A stretch of DNA of 64,000 nt from a virus: positions 1-64,000 of IMG/VR virus record IMGVR_UViG_3300020446_000006, one strand, 5' to 3'. Both the position numbers and the translations under genes were made by a program. Shown here in pieces: positions 28,669 to 38,078 of this stretch (its first letter is position 1; each line of letters begins with the position of its first letter). Below the pieces are notes generated by a model. It did not search any database. It was given only the letters and a program-made list of their open reading frames with translations, and was not told where the DNA came from.

Positions 28669-29336
28669 GTGTGTATGACATTTTAAAAAAAAGAAAATAT
28701 GTACTAGATTACGAAACGCATGCAGAAATAGATAAAGAATTAATTATAGATCTTTTACAAAAAGCATGGAAAGTCACTCCTTCGAAAAATAATTTTATGC
28801 CTTATAAGGTTCATGTAATAGGACCAGAACGTAGAAAATTAAAAGAAAGTATTTTTTTAAAAAGTTTAAAACATGAAGGTGCAGCAGACAATATAGATGT
28901 TATTGAAAGATATGAAAACCGTGGAAAATTACCTAATTATAGAAATATTCGGTCATGTTCTTATCTTTTAATTTTTACGTTAAGACAAGAAACTGATCCA
29001 AATCCATTTCAAAAATGGTTATTTGAACAGGGACATAACTATCCTGCAATGCGTAATGTGGAAGAGTGTTATGGAGATGCGTTACTAGAAATGGGAATGT
29101 TTTCAACCGCCTTTGGAGCTATGTGTTTAGAACATGATATCGACATTGCTCCTGTTGGCTGTTATCCTAAAGATTTAAAGGATTGGTGGGATGTACCGTT
29201 TATAAAATACCCGCCAATAGGTTTACTAACGGTTGGGAAGGGAAAATATTACAGACAAAATCCTGCATTTCCTGGACGCGAAAAAGATGATTGGAAACCA
29301 AACTTTAGCAAAGTGGTTAATATAGAGAATATTTAA
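28665..29336 (+). CDS. Nitroreductase-fold protein 2
   Basis: LKKRKYV...AWKVTPSKNNFMPYKV...EMGMF...CLEHDID...LTVGK. Confidence 0.75.
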   Translation: MSVYDILKKRKYVLDYETHAEIDKELIIDLLQKAWKVTPSKNNFMPYKVHVIGPERRKLKESIFLKSLKHEGAADNIDVIERYENRGKLPNYRNIRSCSYLLIFTLRQETDPNPFQKWLFEQGHNYPAMRNVEECYGDALLEMGMFSTAFGAMCLEHDIDIAPVGCYPKDLKDWWDVPFIKYPPIGLLTVGKGKYYRQNPAFPGREKDDWKPNFSKVVNIENI

Positions 29337-30059
29337 ATGAGTGTGTATGATCTTTTTCAAACTCGACATCATGTACTGGAATATGCGCCAGAACCAGTAG
29401 ATGAGAGTTTACTAAATACTCTATTATGGAAAGCATGGAAGATAACACCTTCAAAAAGCAACGCTATGCCTTACAATGTAAATGTTTTAGGTCCAAAGGA
29501 TCAAATAGAAAAAAATAAGATTTATGATCAAGTTTCAGGGAATCACAAATTCTATGATGAGGTAGGACTTGATTACAATACTAAAGATAATCCTAAACTT
29601 CAAAAAGAATACAAATTTAAAGTTAATCCATTCTATGGACATGTAAAGAATAATTCACATTTGTTAGTATTTTCTTCAAGAGTTGCAAAACCAAATGCGT
29701 TTTATAAAGATACAATCTGGCGAGAAGCCCATTTTTTTGAACAGGCTGAAGAAGATCAGGTGACTGATATAGCTGAAAGTGTGAGTGTTGAATGCGGCTT
29801 TTTCGCAACACATCTTGCAGGTTTATGTAGAGAGCAAAACATCGATGTATCTTTTACCGCCTGTTTGCCAAAGAGCATAGACAAATGGAAGGCTTTTCCG
29901 TATTTATGGTATAACTATGAAAAGCAGACAGCAAAAATACATCTTATAATGAGCATCGGTTATGCCGAAAAATATAGATATGAATGGTTAACAGAAATTA
30001 GAAGAACTAAAGACGATATAAAACCAGAATTTACTGAGGTAGTGAAATTTATTAAATGA
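29337..30059 (+). CDS. Nitroreductase-fold protein 3
   Basis: QTRHHV...AWKITPSKSNAMPYNV...ECGFF...CREQNIDVS...MSIGYA; paralogue of the previous gene. Confidence 0.75.
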   Translation: MSVYDLFQTRHHVLEYAPEPVDESLLNTLLWKAWKITPSKSNAMPYNVNVLGPKDQIEKNKIYDQVSGNHKFYDEVGLDYNTKDNPKLQKEYKFKVNPFYGHVKNNSHLLVFSSRVAKPNAFYKDTIWREAHFFEQAEEDQVTDIAESVSVECGFFATHLAGLCREQNIDVSFTACLPKSIDKWKAFPYLWYNYEKQTAKIHLIMSIGYAEKYRYEWLTEIRRTKDDIKPEFTEVVKFIK

Positions 30060-30868
30060 TAAACGTTGTATGTACGAGTAAACCATGTGATGGTTTACTG
30101 TATTATAGTTATGAATATGCATCGCTGCTTGATGCAAAACTAATTATTATACCAAATCCTAAATTTACGGAACAAGACTATCTTAATTCAATTCAACACA
30201 AGTATATTCACTGTAAGAACGTTGAATTTGATTATTATGGTGGAAATGATATTACCCTTATTATGGGTAGAAGCATGCTTACACTAGCATATCGAGATTT
30301 TAAAAATTATTCTGATGACGCAAAGATGTCATTAATAGAGTTGTTTCGAAATCCACTGATATCTGTATATTCAAATAATCATCCTAATGAATATTCACTT
30401 GCACTTGAATTTTTTAAACCATCTCAAGTAACCGATCTTTGTGATCATGAAGTTTATTCAGATGGTGTTGGTGAAAACTTTATTAAGAGAATCAATTTTG
30501 ATATTTACAAAGAGTCTGTCGAAGATGTACAGTTCGAGCATCTATTTCTTGGTACAAATAACGAGTACTATCAAGCAGCACTCGATAACATGAAACCAGA
30601 TTCTCGTATTCTAGTTTATAAATATGTAGATGAAAAGAGTCTTGTAGTTCCTGTCGATAACATACTCGGCATGTTTAATACATATGTTTATACGAAGCCA
30701 TCGTTTGATCCTGCACCAAGATTATTGCAAGAAAGTATGTACTTTTCGAAGAAAGTATGTTATAATAGAGATAAAAATATAAAAGACGGCGGCAGTGTTT
30801 ACTTCAATCGTAAGATTGAAAAGCCGTCTATTGAGGTAATACAGAATGTGGCAAAGACAATACGATAA
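30056..30868 (+). CDS. Putative GT-B-like glycosyltransferase
   Basis: C-terminal FDPAPRLLQESMYFSK resembles the GT4-type E/D-x-x-P-x-x-x-x-E-x-M donor-binding motif; weak. Confidence 0.4.
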   Translation: MINVVCTSKPCDGLLYYSYEYASLLDAKLIIIPNPKFTEQDYLNSIQHKYIHCKNVEFDYYGGNDITLIMGRSMLTLAYRDFKNYSDDAKMSLIELFRNPLISVYSNNHPNEYSLALEFFKPSQVTDLCDHEVYSDGVGENFIKRINFDIYKESVEDVQFEHLFLGTNNEYYQAALDNMKPDSRILVYKYVDEKSLVVPVDNILGMFNTYVYTKPSFDPAPRLLQESMYFSKKVCYNRDKNIKDGGSVYFNRKIEKPSIEVIQNVAKTIR

Positions 30869-31877
30869 ATATGAAGACGCATATTTACAGATATTTGAAA
30901 ATGCGTTATCACAAAATCCAGAATCGAATGTAGAATTTTTAGAAAAAAACGTAAAGAAAGTTGCACAAAGAGAGTACGCAGTTGCATGTAATTCCGCGAC
31001 AGATGCTCTTATGTTTTCACTTGTGGCAAATGACATTGGTCCGGGTGATGAAGTACTTGTTACAAATTTTTCATGGATATCGACTGCGTCATGTATCGCC
31101 ATGGCAGGAGCAACTCCTGTCTTTTGTGATATTGATTTTGATACACGACATATCTCAATTGATAGTATCAAGAGAATGCAATCACCAAAAGTAAAGGCGA
31201 TTATATACACTCACCTCTTTGGCTCAATGTCAGATACTACAGAGATTGAACAGTGGTGTAAAGAATCAAACGTGCTCTTTATTGAAGATGCTGCACAATC
31301 GATAGGTTCAAGTTATAATGGCAAAGTTGCTGGAAGTATTGGCGATTGTAGTTCATATAGTTTTAATGCAAATAAAGTCATAAGCGGAATATCAGGTGGT
31401 GGCATGTTTATGACTGATAGTAAAGAAATGGCAGAAAAAGTAAAGAAGCTTAGGAAACACGGTAAGGATGATCGTGATGGTTATATTACTCTTGGTGTCA
31501 ATTCAAAAATGTATGTGCTAAATGCTATGATGATTGATTTCAGACTTAAACAATTAGAATCTGAAAGAGAACGCAGAAAAGAAATAGCAATGATATACGA
31601 TTCTATTTTAGATCAAACACACGAACAACCAGGCTTGATTCATAACTATCATAAATACACTTACCTGACAGATAAAAGAAATCTCTTAGATTTGCAGATA
31701 CATTATGATAGACCTTTATCGGCACATCCGATGTGGCAAGGTATTCATCATAGAGCAGATGATACACCAAATGCAAGAGAGGTAAGTCAGAAAATAGTAT
31801 CATTACCGATTGATGCGTTCATGACTGATAATGAGGCAAAAGATGTCGCAACCAAAATCTATAAAACAGTTGAATGA
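30846..31877 (+). CDS. DegT/DnrJ/EryC1/StrS PLP-dependent sugar aminotransferase
   Basis: NSATDAL, IGPGDEV, GATPVFCD, IEDAAQSIG, SFNANK (PLP lysine), GGGMFMTD, VSLPI. Confidence 0.93.
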   Translation: MWQRQYDKYEDAYLQIFENALSQNPESNVEFLEKNVKKVAQREYAVACNSATDALMFSLVANDIGPGDEVLVTNFSWISTASCIAMAGATPVFCDIDFDTRHISIDSIKRMQSPKVKAIIYTHLFGSMSDTTEIEQWCKESNVLFIEDAAQSIGSSYNGKVAGSIGDCSSYSFNANKVISGISGGGMFMTDSKEMAEKVKKLRKHGKDDRDGYITLGVNSKMYVLNAMMIDFRLKQLESERERRKEIAMIYDSILDQTHEQPGLIHNYHKYTYLTDKRNLLDLQIHYDRPLSAHPMWQGIHHRADDTPNAREVSQKIVSLPIDAFMTDNEAKDVATKIYKTVE

Positions 31878-32667
31878 AGAAAATTATCTAGCTATCGATT
31901 TTTATCTATCGAAGTCATGTAATAAATCTTGTCATTACTGCACTGCATGGACACTTGAGATGCGCAATCTCGATGTCGATATGGATTTTTTAAGTCGTAC
32001 TCTAGAATATTTTTCTCCGTACAAGGCACGCATACAGTTATTAGGCGGCGAACCAGGTCTTATTAAAAACCTAGATGAAGTTGTTGCTGAGATCAAGAAG
32101 CATAAGAATCTTGTACCATCTGTTCTATCAAATTCCTTTGTTCGTAAGCGTTATCCACATATGCTCGAAGACCCAGAGATTCTATATCAAGAACACTTAG
32201 TCTTAGATTTCTATGAAGATAAGATTGAGAAGCTCGGTAACTTTGATTTCTTTGAAGAGAACGATCTGAACAATTACAATATCATTATCATGACTCCAAA
32301 CTATTTTAAGTACCGAGAGAAATATGACTTATCGATTGTAGACCATAAGAATACACAGTTTAAGGCATTCAATTCTCGCTCACCTAATTGGACAGAAACA
32401 AAGCAAGCACCTGAGTTCGATCGTCGTATGTGCGCAGCATTTCCAAAAGTACCGGTTGTTGACTTCGAGCTTCAAAAGATTCGACACTGTAGTAAGAAGG
32501 TAATTAAAGGCTCTCGTCAATATGCAGTAACAAAAGAGAATATCGATAAGATGATGAACTTTGAATTGTTTCGTTTCGAAGAGTATTGTAAGAGGTGCAC
32601 AGAAGATATTGAAAAAAGATCGCACGATCAGATACTGAGGATAATGGAAGCTGGTGCAGTCATATGA
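31843..32667 (+). CDS. Radical SAM enzyme with C-terminal Cys cluster
   Basis: CNKSCHYC (CxxxCxxC), GGEP, and C-terminal C...HC...CxxC (SPASM/twitch-like). ATG 31843 has a GAGG RBS. Confidence 0.88.
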   Translation: MSQPKSIKQLNEENYLAIDFYLSKSCNKSCHYCTAWTLEMRNLDVDMDFLSRTLEYFSPYKARIQLLGGEPGLIKNLDEVVAEIKKHKNLVPSVLSNSFVRKRYPHMLEDPEILYQEHLVLDFYEDKIEKLGNFDFFEENDLNNYNIIIMTPNYFKYREKYDLSIVDHKNTQFKAFNSRSPNWTETKQAPEFDRRMCAAFPKVPVVDFELQKIRHCSKKVIKGSRQYAVTKENIDKMMNFELFRFEEYCKRCTEDIEKRSHDQILRIMEAGAVI

Positions 32668-33407
32668 GTAAAAAGTATTTGATAGCTTCTGGTTGCAGTT
32701 GGACTGATGCAAATTTTAGTTCAGAATTTGACCGGTCAATAGATTGTAGTTGGCCTAAATGGCCAGAAATACTAGCAGGCAAATTGTGTATGAAGTCAAT
32801 CAATTTAGGCTATAGTGGTTCAGGTCAGGAAGGAATATACTCTAGAGCACTAGACAAGATTTCTTCATTTGATCCAAAAGACATTGGACTTGTTATCGTT
32901 GGATGGTCACAGTGTCAAAGAAGAGATTTTGAATATGAATTAATGCATGACAAAGACGAATCTCTTTGTTGGTCAAATGAAAGAGTCGACCCTAAGGGAG
33001 ATCTATATTATTATATTCGAAGAACTCTTAGGTATATGTACAGTCTACAACAGGTCTGTGAAAGCTTAAATATACCATATAAACAATTTCAAATGATACC
33101 TTTATTTACACATTATATCTACCAAGCACGTGAGTATGGTATTAACTTTGATCATACAATTGGACATTTACGAAAAGCTATGCCTAATAGAATAGATGCT
33201 GTTGGCTATTTGGTGGAGTCACCTTATTGGGATTTAATTAACAAAGAGAATTTTATAGGATGGCCGTTAATAGATGAGGGAAATGGATTCAATATTCAAG
33301 ATAAATTTGTAAAAAATGATTTAGATTTGACTGTATCTAAAGAAGATGTACATCCTAACGAAAAAGGTCACAGGTTAATAGCAGAAAAAATTTATGAATA
33401 TCTTTAG
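32664..33407 (+). CDS. SGNH/GDSL-like hydrolase or acyltransferase
   Basis: ASGCSWT (block I), NLGYSGSG, DVHPNEKGH (DxH). Confidence 0.75.
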   Translation: MSKKYLIASGCSWTDANFSSEFDRSIDCSWPKWPEILAGKLCMKSINLGYSGSGQEGIYSRALDKISSFDPKDIGLVIVGWSQCQRRDFEYELMHDKDESLCWSNERVDPKGDLYYYIRRTLRYMYSLQQVCESLNIPYKQFQMIPLFTHYIYQAREYGINFDHTIGHLRKAMPNRIDAVGYLVESPYWDLINKENFIGWPLIDEGNGFNIQDKFVKNDLDLTVSKEDVHPNEKGHRLIAEKIYEYL

Positions 33408-34884
33408 TATTGCACTCGGCCCACATGATCAAAATACATATGATGGCTCTTTTCATAATCAAATAGAACGATTTAGTAGAAAAAAGCACAACGTACCATG
33501 GCATCATGACGTGTATCCACATCATTCTGAATTGACAAGAATGAACCGTGATGATAACAGATACATGATGAAGTTTTATAATGAGTATTGGAAACCAGAA
33601 GATCATGAAATCTTTTGTTTTACCACAACAGTCGGTGGTATGAAGATGCTTCGAAACGGTAATCAAAACATTGATCAAGATTTTTTAGATTTTAAACCAA
33701 AAAAACTGTGGGATTATTTTCGAAAAGATAACATATACTATATCGATCATCATCAGTCGCATGCAGCATATGCCTTCTTATCTTCTTGCTTTACAGAGTC
33801 AGATATCTTATCGATTGACGGTCGAGGCTGGCATTATAACTGCGTCTTCTTTGATAAGAACGGAAACATGACAGATCTATCTGATAAGATGGGTATCGGT
33901 ATACTTTGGGATTATTTTTCGAAAGCAGTCGGGTTCGGTCCTCTTGGTGCTGGAAAGTTAATGGGTCTTGCTGCACATGGCAGTTATTCTCCTGAATTTC
34001 ATATGATTATTGATTACTATTCGAATAATAATTTTAATTTTCCTGAGTTTGATATATCGAAGTTTAAACAAGAAGACATCGCGTATACGCTACAGTATGC
34101 AACTCAAGAATTAGTTAATGAACATGTGATACCTTTACAGTCATGTGATAATATATGTGTTGCTGGTGGCGTGGCATACAATGGCTATATGAATGAAGAG
34201 TTTACAAAGTACTACAGTGGTGTACATGTACCACCTGCACCAGGAGATGAAGGACAATCACTTGGCACTTATATGCATGCCGATTATGTTCTAAATAAAA
34301 ATAAACATGTGCCGAATGTGTATGCTGGAAAAGAATATACATTCGATGAAGGTGATGAGATTACTTCTCGAGAAGTTGCAGAAGCAATCGCAAATGGTAA
34401 AATTGTCGGTTGGTTTAACGGCAAATCCGAATCAGGTAATCGAGCACTCGGCAATCGAAGTATACTTGCAGATCCTCGTAATCCGAATATCAAAGACATT
34501 ATTAACCATACGATAAAACAAAGAGAAGATTTTAGACCATTTGCTCCAGCAGTACTTGAGCATCATGCACAAACATTCTTTGACACAAATCAGCCAAGTC
34601 CTTATATGTCTCGTATCATGCCGGTAAAATCAGATAAAATACCGGGTGTAACACATCTTGATAACACTGCGAGAATACAGACCGTAAGCCGTATACAAAA
34701 TGAAAATTTCTATAGACTCATTGAAGACTTTTATCAATATACCGGCATGCCGATGTTATTGAATACGAGTTTTAATTGTAAAGAGCCGATAGTTGAAACG
34801 CCTGAAGATGCGATCAACACATTTAACAGAACTAAACTTGACATGTTGGTAATTAATGGACGTAGTGTGCGTAAAATGGGGTGA
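33394..34884 (+). CDS. O-carbamoyltransferase (NodU/CmcH/TobZ family)
   Basis: DHHQSHAAYAF, IDGRG, GKLMGLAA, AGGVAYN, GDEGQSLG, RALGNRSILADP, RPFAP, LNTSFN. Confidence 0.93.
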   Translation: MNIFSIALGPHDQNTYDGSFHNQIERFSRKKHNVPWHHDVYPHHSELTRMNRDDNRYMMKFYNEYWKPEDHEIFCFTTTVGGMKMLRNGNQNIDQDFLDFKPKKLWDYFRKDNIYYIDHHQSHAAYAFLSSCFTESDILSIDGRGWHYNCVFFDKNGNMTDLSDKMGIGILWDYFSKAVGFGPLGAGKLMGLAAHGSYSPEFHMIIDYYSNNNFNFPEFDISKFKQEDIAYTLQYATQELVNEHVIPLQSCDNICVAGGVAYNGYMNEEFTKYYSGVHVPPAPGDEGQSLGTYMHADYVLNKNKHVPNVYAGKEYTFDEGDEITSREVAEAIANGKIVGWFNGKSESGNRALGNRSILADPRNPNIKDIINHTIKQREDFRPFAPAVLEHHAQTFFDTNQPSPYMSRIMPVKSDKIPGVTHLDNTARIQTVSRIQNENFYRLIEDFYQYTGMPMLLNTSFNCKEPIVETPEDAINTFNRTKLDMLVINGRSVRKMG

Positions 34885-35530
34885 CAAGTTTAGTCACGAG
34901 CATGTCAATCGATTGTATCGAATGGTATGTAAAAACTTTCATACTGATTTTAGATTTGTATGTCATACAGATAATCCTGAAGGGATACATAATGACGTAC
35001 ACATTATACCTTTGCCAGACTATGATCTCGAAAAGTGGTGGTGGAAATTAGCGCTATTCGAAAACATTTCAGAAACTCAAATATATTTAGATTTAGATGT
35101 CATAATACAAAAAGACTTTACACATTTTCAAGATTATGTCGTAGAAGATAAATTATGTTTAGTAAAAGCATATTGGAAACCATATGTAAGTGATGTAAAG
35201 TTTGAATTCGATGTCGATATCAATTCATCTATTATGATATGGAAAGGCGATCTTCGACATATATGGAAAGATTACGATGTAGAATACTGCAAATTTAAAT
35301 ATGAAGGAATAGATAGATATCTTTACTATGACAAAGGTGAACATTTAGTGTATATACCAGAAGGTGAATTATATTCTCGTAGATATGGTTTAGATTGGGA
35401 AAACTTTAATTTATTTGGGCTCGAAGATAAATTATACAAAGACGAAGACAAAACAATCTGTATCTTTGATGGGTGGAAATTAAGATTTGGAGATGAGGCA
35501 TATGATGGATTCGAAGAATACTATAATTGA
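34856..35530 (+). CDS. GT-A glycosyltransferase-like protein
   Basis: VVCVKWGDKF...VNRLYRMV, WWKLALF, YLDLDV (DxD), INSSIMIW. Confidence 0.75.
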   Translation: MDVVCVKWGDKFSHEHVNRLYRMVCKNFHTDFRFVCHTDNPEGIHNDVHIIPLPDYDLEKWWWKLALFENISETQIYLDLDVIIQKDFTHFQDYVVEDKLCLVKAYWKPYVSDVKFEFDVDINSSIMIWKGDLRHIWKDYDVEYCKFKYEGIDRYLYYDKGEHLVYIPEGELYSRRYGLDWENFNLFGLEDKLYKDEDKTICIFDGWKLRFGDEAYDGFEEYYN

Positions 35531-36191
35531 TCCTATATATTTTAATGTCTGGTGGGAAGCAATACAAAAAGGCTATGACGCTAAGACTTTGTTGTATAGT
35601 ATAGGCCCTGATCAGTTAGAATCAAAAAACCATTTGTTTAAATTGTTAACAACACCATTGCCTGGAAAAAGAGAATACTGTCCTGCTACAGAATTATATT
35701 ACAAAAAAGATCTACATATACAGATTTATGGCGGCTGGTTTGGATATCCTTTAATTGACATGCTTGTTGATACCTTTTCAAATATATCTAGAATTACTAA
35801 TATCGATATAGACTCGAAAGCTTTAGATCTTTGTAGGAAATTTACTGTGGAAAAAAATCTAAGTGATATAGTATTTTTTAAAGAAAGAAATGTTGCTGAT
35901 ATTATTGAGACATCACATAATAAAGACAGAGACATTCGACTTGTAATTAACACATCATCTGAACATATGCCCGATTTACCTGTATTGATACAAAATAAAA
36001 CATATACAGATAATTGTGTCTTTGCGCTACAAAGTAATAATATGTTTCATGTTGTAGATCAACATATAAATTGTTCTAACAGTTTAAACGAATTTGTAGA
36101 GAAAACAGGACTGACAAAAATATTTGTTGCTGACACATATAAAATGCAGAATGGTTATGAGAGATATACTGTTATAGGAAATCATGAATAG
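35487..36191 (+). CDS. Class I SAM-dependent methyltransferase-like protein
   Basis: IYGGWFG (motif I-like), NIDID, VINTSSEHM, ALQSNN; start codon uncertain. Confidence 0.6.
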   Translation: MEMRHMMDSKNTIIDPIYFNVWWEAIQKGYDAKTLLYSIGPDQLESKNHLFKLLTTPLPGKREYCPATELYYKKDLHIQIYGGWFGYPLIDMLVDTFSNISRITNIDIDSKALDLCRKFTVEKNLSDIVFFKERNVADIIETSHNKDRDIRLVINTSSEHMPDLPVLIQNKTYTDNCVFALQSNNMFHVVDQHINCSNSLNEFVEKTGLTKIFVADTYKMQNGYERYTVIGNHE

Positions 36192-37029
36192 AACAATCAT
36201 AAGTCTTTATATTGACATACCAAAAGAAAACCTGGTATCTCATCATGAATCAAAACTGAAGTTTAACGATAACCACGCCTGGCTCGTAGATAAACAAGAA
36301 GAGTATGCAGATAAAATCGGTGTAGATTTTTCTCATTTCGAATATGAAGATGGCTATGAGGAATATCGTGATTGGTTTCAAAAAGAATATCCTGAAGTTT
36401 CTGAATATAACATAGTAAATTTCTTTAAGATCAAATTACTATATGATATGACTGAGTTATATGATGAGATTCTGTATCTTGACATTGATGTGATTCCTGT
36501 AACAAATGAAAACTTCTTTGATGTGTTTGATTTAAACAAAGGATTCGCCATACTGACAGGAACTGCAAGATCGCAAAGAGCATGGATTAATCCACTAACA
36601 GAGGCTGTAGTAGGCAGACATGGAGTAAGATCTCCTTTAGCAAAATATTGGAATACCAAATTAATGTTATCGATGGAAGGTCATAGTAGAGATTCTGAAG
36701 TATTCAATACAGGTATTATCGGCATTACTAGTAAGCAACTTAAAGAACTTGACTATTTTTCAGAATTTAGATCATTACTTGATTATATGACAGAGATACA
36801 AAACAATAGTGAGATACCCGATAACCTCAGAAAGCTGTGTGGTTACGATAACGAGACGATATGGGGCTACAAAACTTTACTTAAAAATCTTTCTTATCAG
36901 GAGCTCGGTGAGTATTGGCATGTGTTTATGGATAACCATAGCTTTGTACCAGAAAAAGCAAAGTTGGTGCACTGTGTAAATAAAGATTTTGATTATGTGA
37001 GAAACTGGTGTGAAAAGAATAATATTTAG
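36184..37029 (+). CDS. GT-A glycosyltransferase-like protein
   Basis: YDEILYLDIDVIP (DxD), VFNTGIIG, DNET, VHCVNK. Confidence 0.75.
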   Translation: MNRTIISLYIDIPKENLVSHHESKLKFNDNHAWLVDKQEEYADKIGVDFSHFEYEDGYEEYRDWFQKEYPEVSEYNIVNFFKIKLLYDMTELYDEILYLDIDVIPVTNENFFDVFDLNKGFAILTGTARSQRAWINPLTEAVVGRHGVRSPLAKYWNTKLMLSMEGHSRDSEVFNTGIIGITSKQLKELDYFSEFRSLLDYMTEIQNNSEIPDNLRKLCGYDNETIWGYKTLLKNLSYQELGEYWHVFMDNHSFVPEKAKLVHCVNKDFDYVRNWCEKNNI

Positions 37030-37606
37030 CATATGGCAAGACACAGACTGGCGTGACTATAAAGATCTGTTAGTAAACAAGCAACGAGAATACGCAGAGT
37101 TTTGTGATGCCGATTATCATTGTATCGAGTATGACAGCTTTGAGTTTAGTCGATTACAGTTCGAAAAACTTAACTGGGCAGATCATTATTTAGATTTTTA
37201 TGATGAAGTATTATATCTCGATTTAGATGTAATACCTCGAAAGAACATGTCATTCTTTGAAAAACATGATCTCAATACATTTTGTGTTCATTATACAATG
37301 AAGCCTGATTGGAAGATTAAAGCGAAAAACGATGCGCTAGGCTATCAAGGTAAGAATAAGATTGCAAATACAGGTGTTTTTGGTTTAAATCAAAATCTTA
37401 AGGGTATGCTAACAAAGGAACATAACTTCGATAACAACGAAGTTTTTGTATCATACCTAATTGAAAAGGATAAAATCCCTTGCACTGAAATTTCAGGTGC
37501 GTGGAACTTTATCCTTGATAAAAATTATCGTAAGTATAGTGAAGCTCACTATTTCTTACATGTATCTAATAAAGATTTTATTTCCTACCCGCTAGAGCGA
37601 TACTAA
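37010..37606 (+). CDS. GT-A glycosyltransferase-like protein (paralogue of previous)
   Basis: YDEVLYLDLDVIP, IANTGVFG, NNEV, LHVSNK. Confidence 0.72.
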   Translation: MKRIIFSIWQDTDWRDYKDLLVNKQREYAEFCDADYHCIEYDSFEFSRLQFEKLNWADHYLDFYDEVLYLDLDVIPRKNMSFFEKHDLNTFCVHYTMKPDWKIKAKNDALGYQGKNKIANTGVFGLNQNLKGMLTKEHNFDNNEVFVSYLIEKDKIPCTEISGAWNFILDKNYRKYSEAHYFLHVSNKDFISYPLERY

Positions 37607-38078
37607 GAGCGGCATGAGTTGCTTCCATAAAATCTTTAGACTTACGAAGTGCTGCCTTCGCATCACGATTTTCTGATTCTTTAATAATCGGTTGCTCGAA
37701 TAGTTGAAGCTTATATAAGAACAAGGCTTCTTTATCTTTTTTAGAATTAAAATCATATGTAAGAAGCGTCTTAGAGACCTCTTGCCAAAAGTCATTTGTA
37801 AATGTTTTACCGTCGTAAAGAATACCTAGATCAGTTGCAGTTTTTATAGCCATCGACTGAAATGCTTGGGTTTGTAACTTAATATTCTTATATGTTTGTT
37901 CGTGTAAATCATCTAAAGTTATAAGCTCTAGAAGTTCAGTATAATGTGGATTGTCATCTTCTGCAACAATGTGAAAAGGTATGGTTCTCATATCATCTTG
38001 GTGTTGCCACAAAGATTCGATAACTGTTCTATTATCGTCAATAAAGTATGCATTTAAAAATTTTGCGTTTTCAACCAT
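37578..38078 (-). CDS. Hypothetical protein at end of baseplate/fibre operon
   Basis: 166 aa ORF coupled to the upstream gene; converges on the enzyme cassette. Confidence 0.6.
   Translation of the reverse strand: MVENAKFLNAYFIDDNRTVIESLWQHQDDMRTIPFHIVAEDDNPHYTELLELITLDDLHEQTYKNIKLQTQAFQSMAIKTATDLGILYDGKTFTNDFWQEVSKTLLTYDFNSKKDKEALFLYKLQLFEQPIIKESENRDAKAALRKSKDFMEATHAALSIALAGRK

Noticed and set aside
27814-37606. Cassette as a DNA hypermodification cluster
   Set aside because: No nucleotide kinase, thymidylate synthase-like, hydroxymethylase or deazaguanine genes are present, and the location and promoter are late and structural. Disfavoured but not formally excluded.
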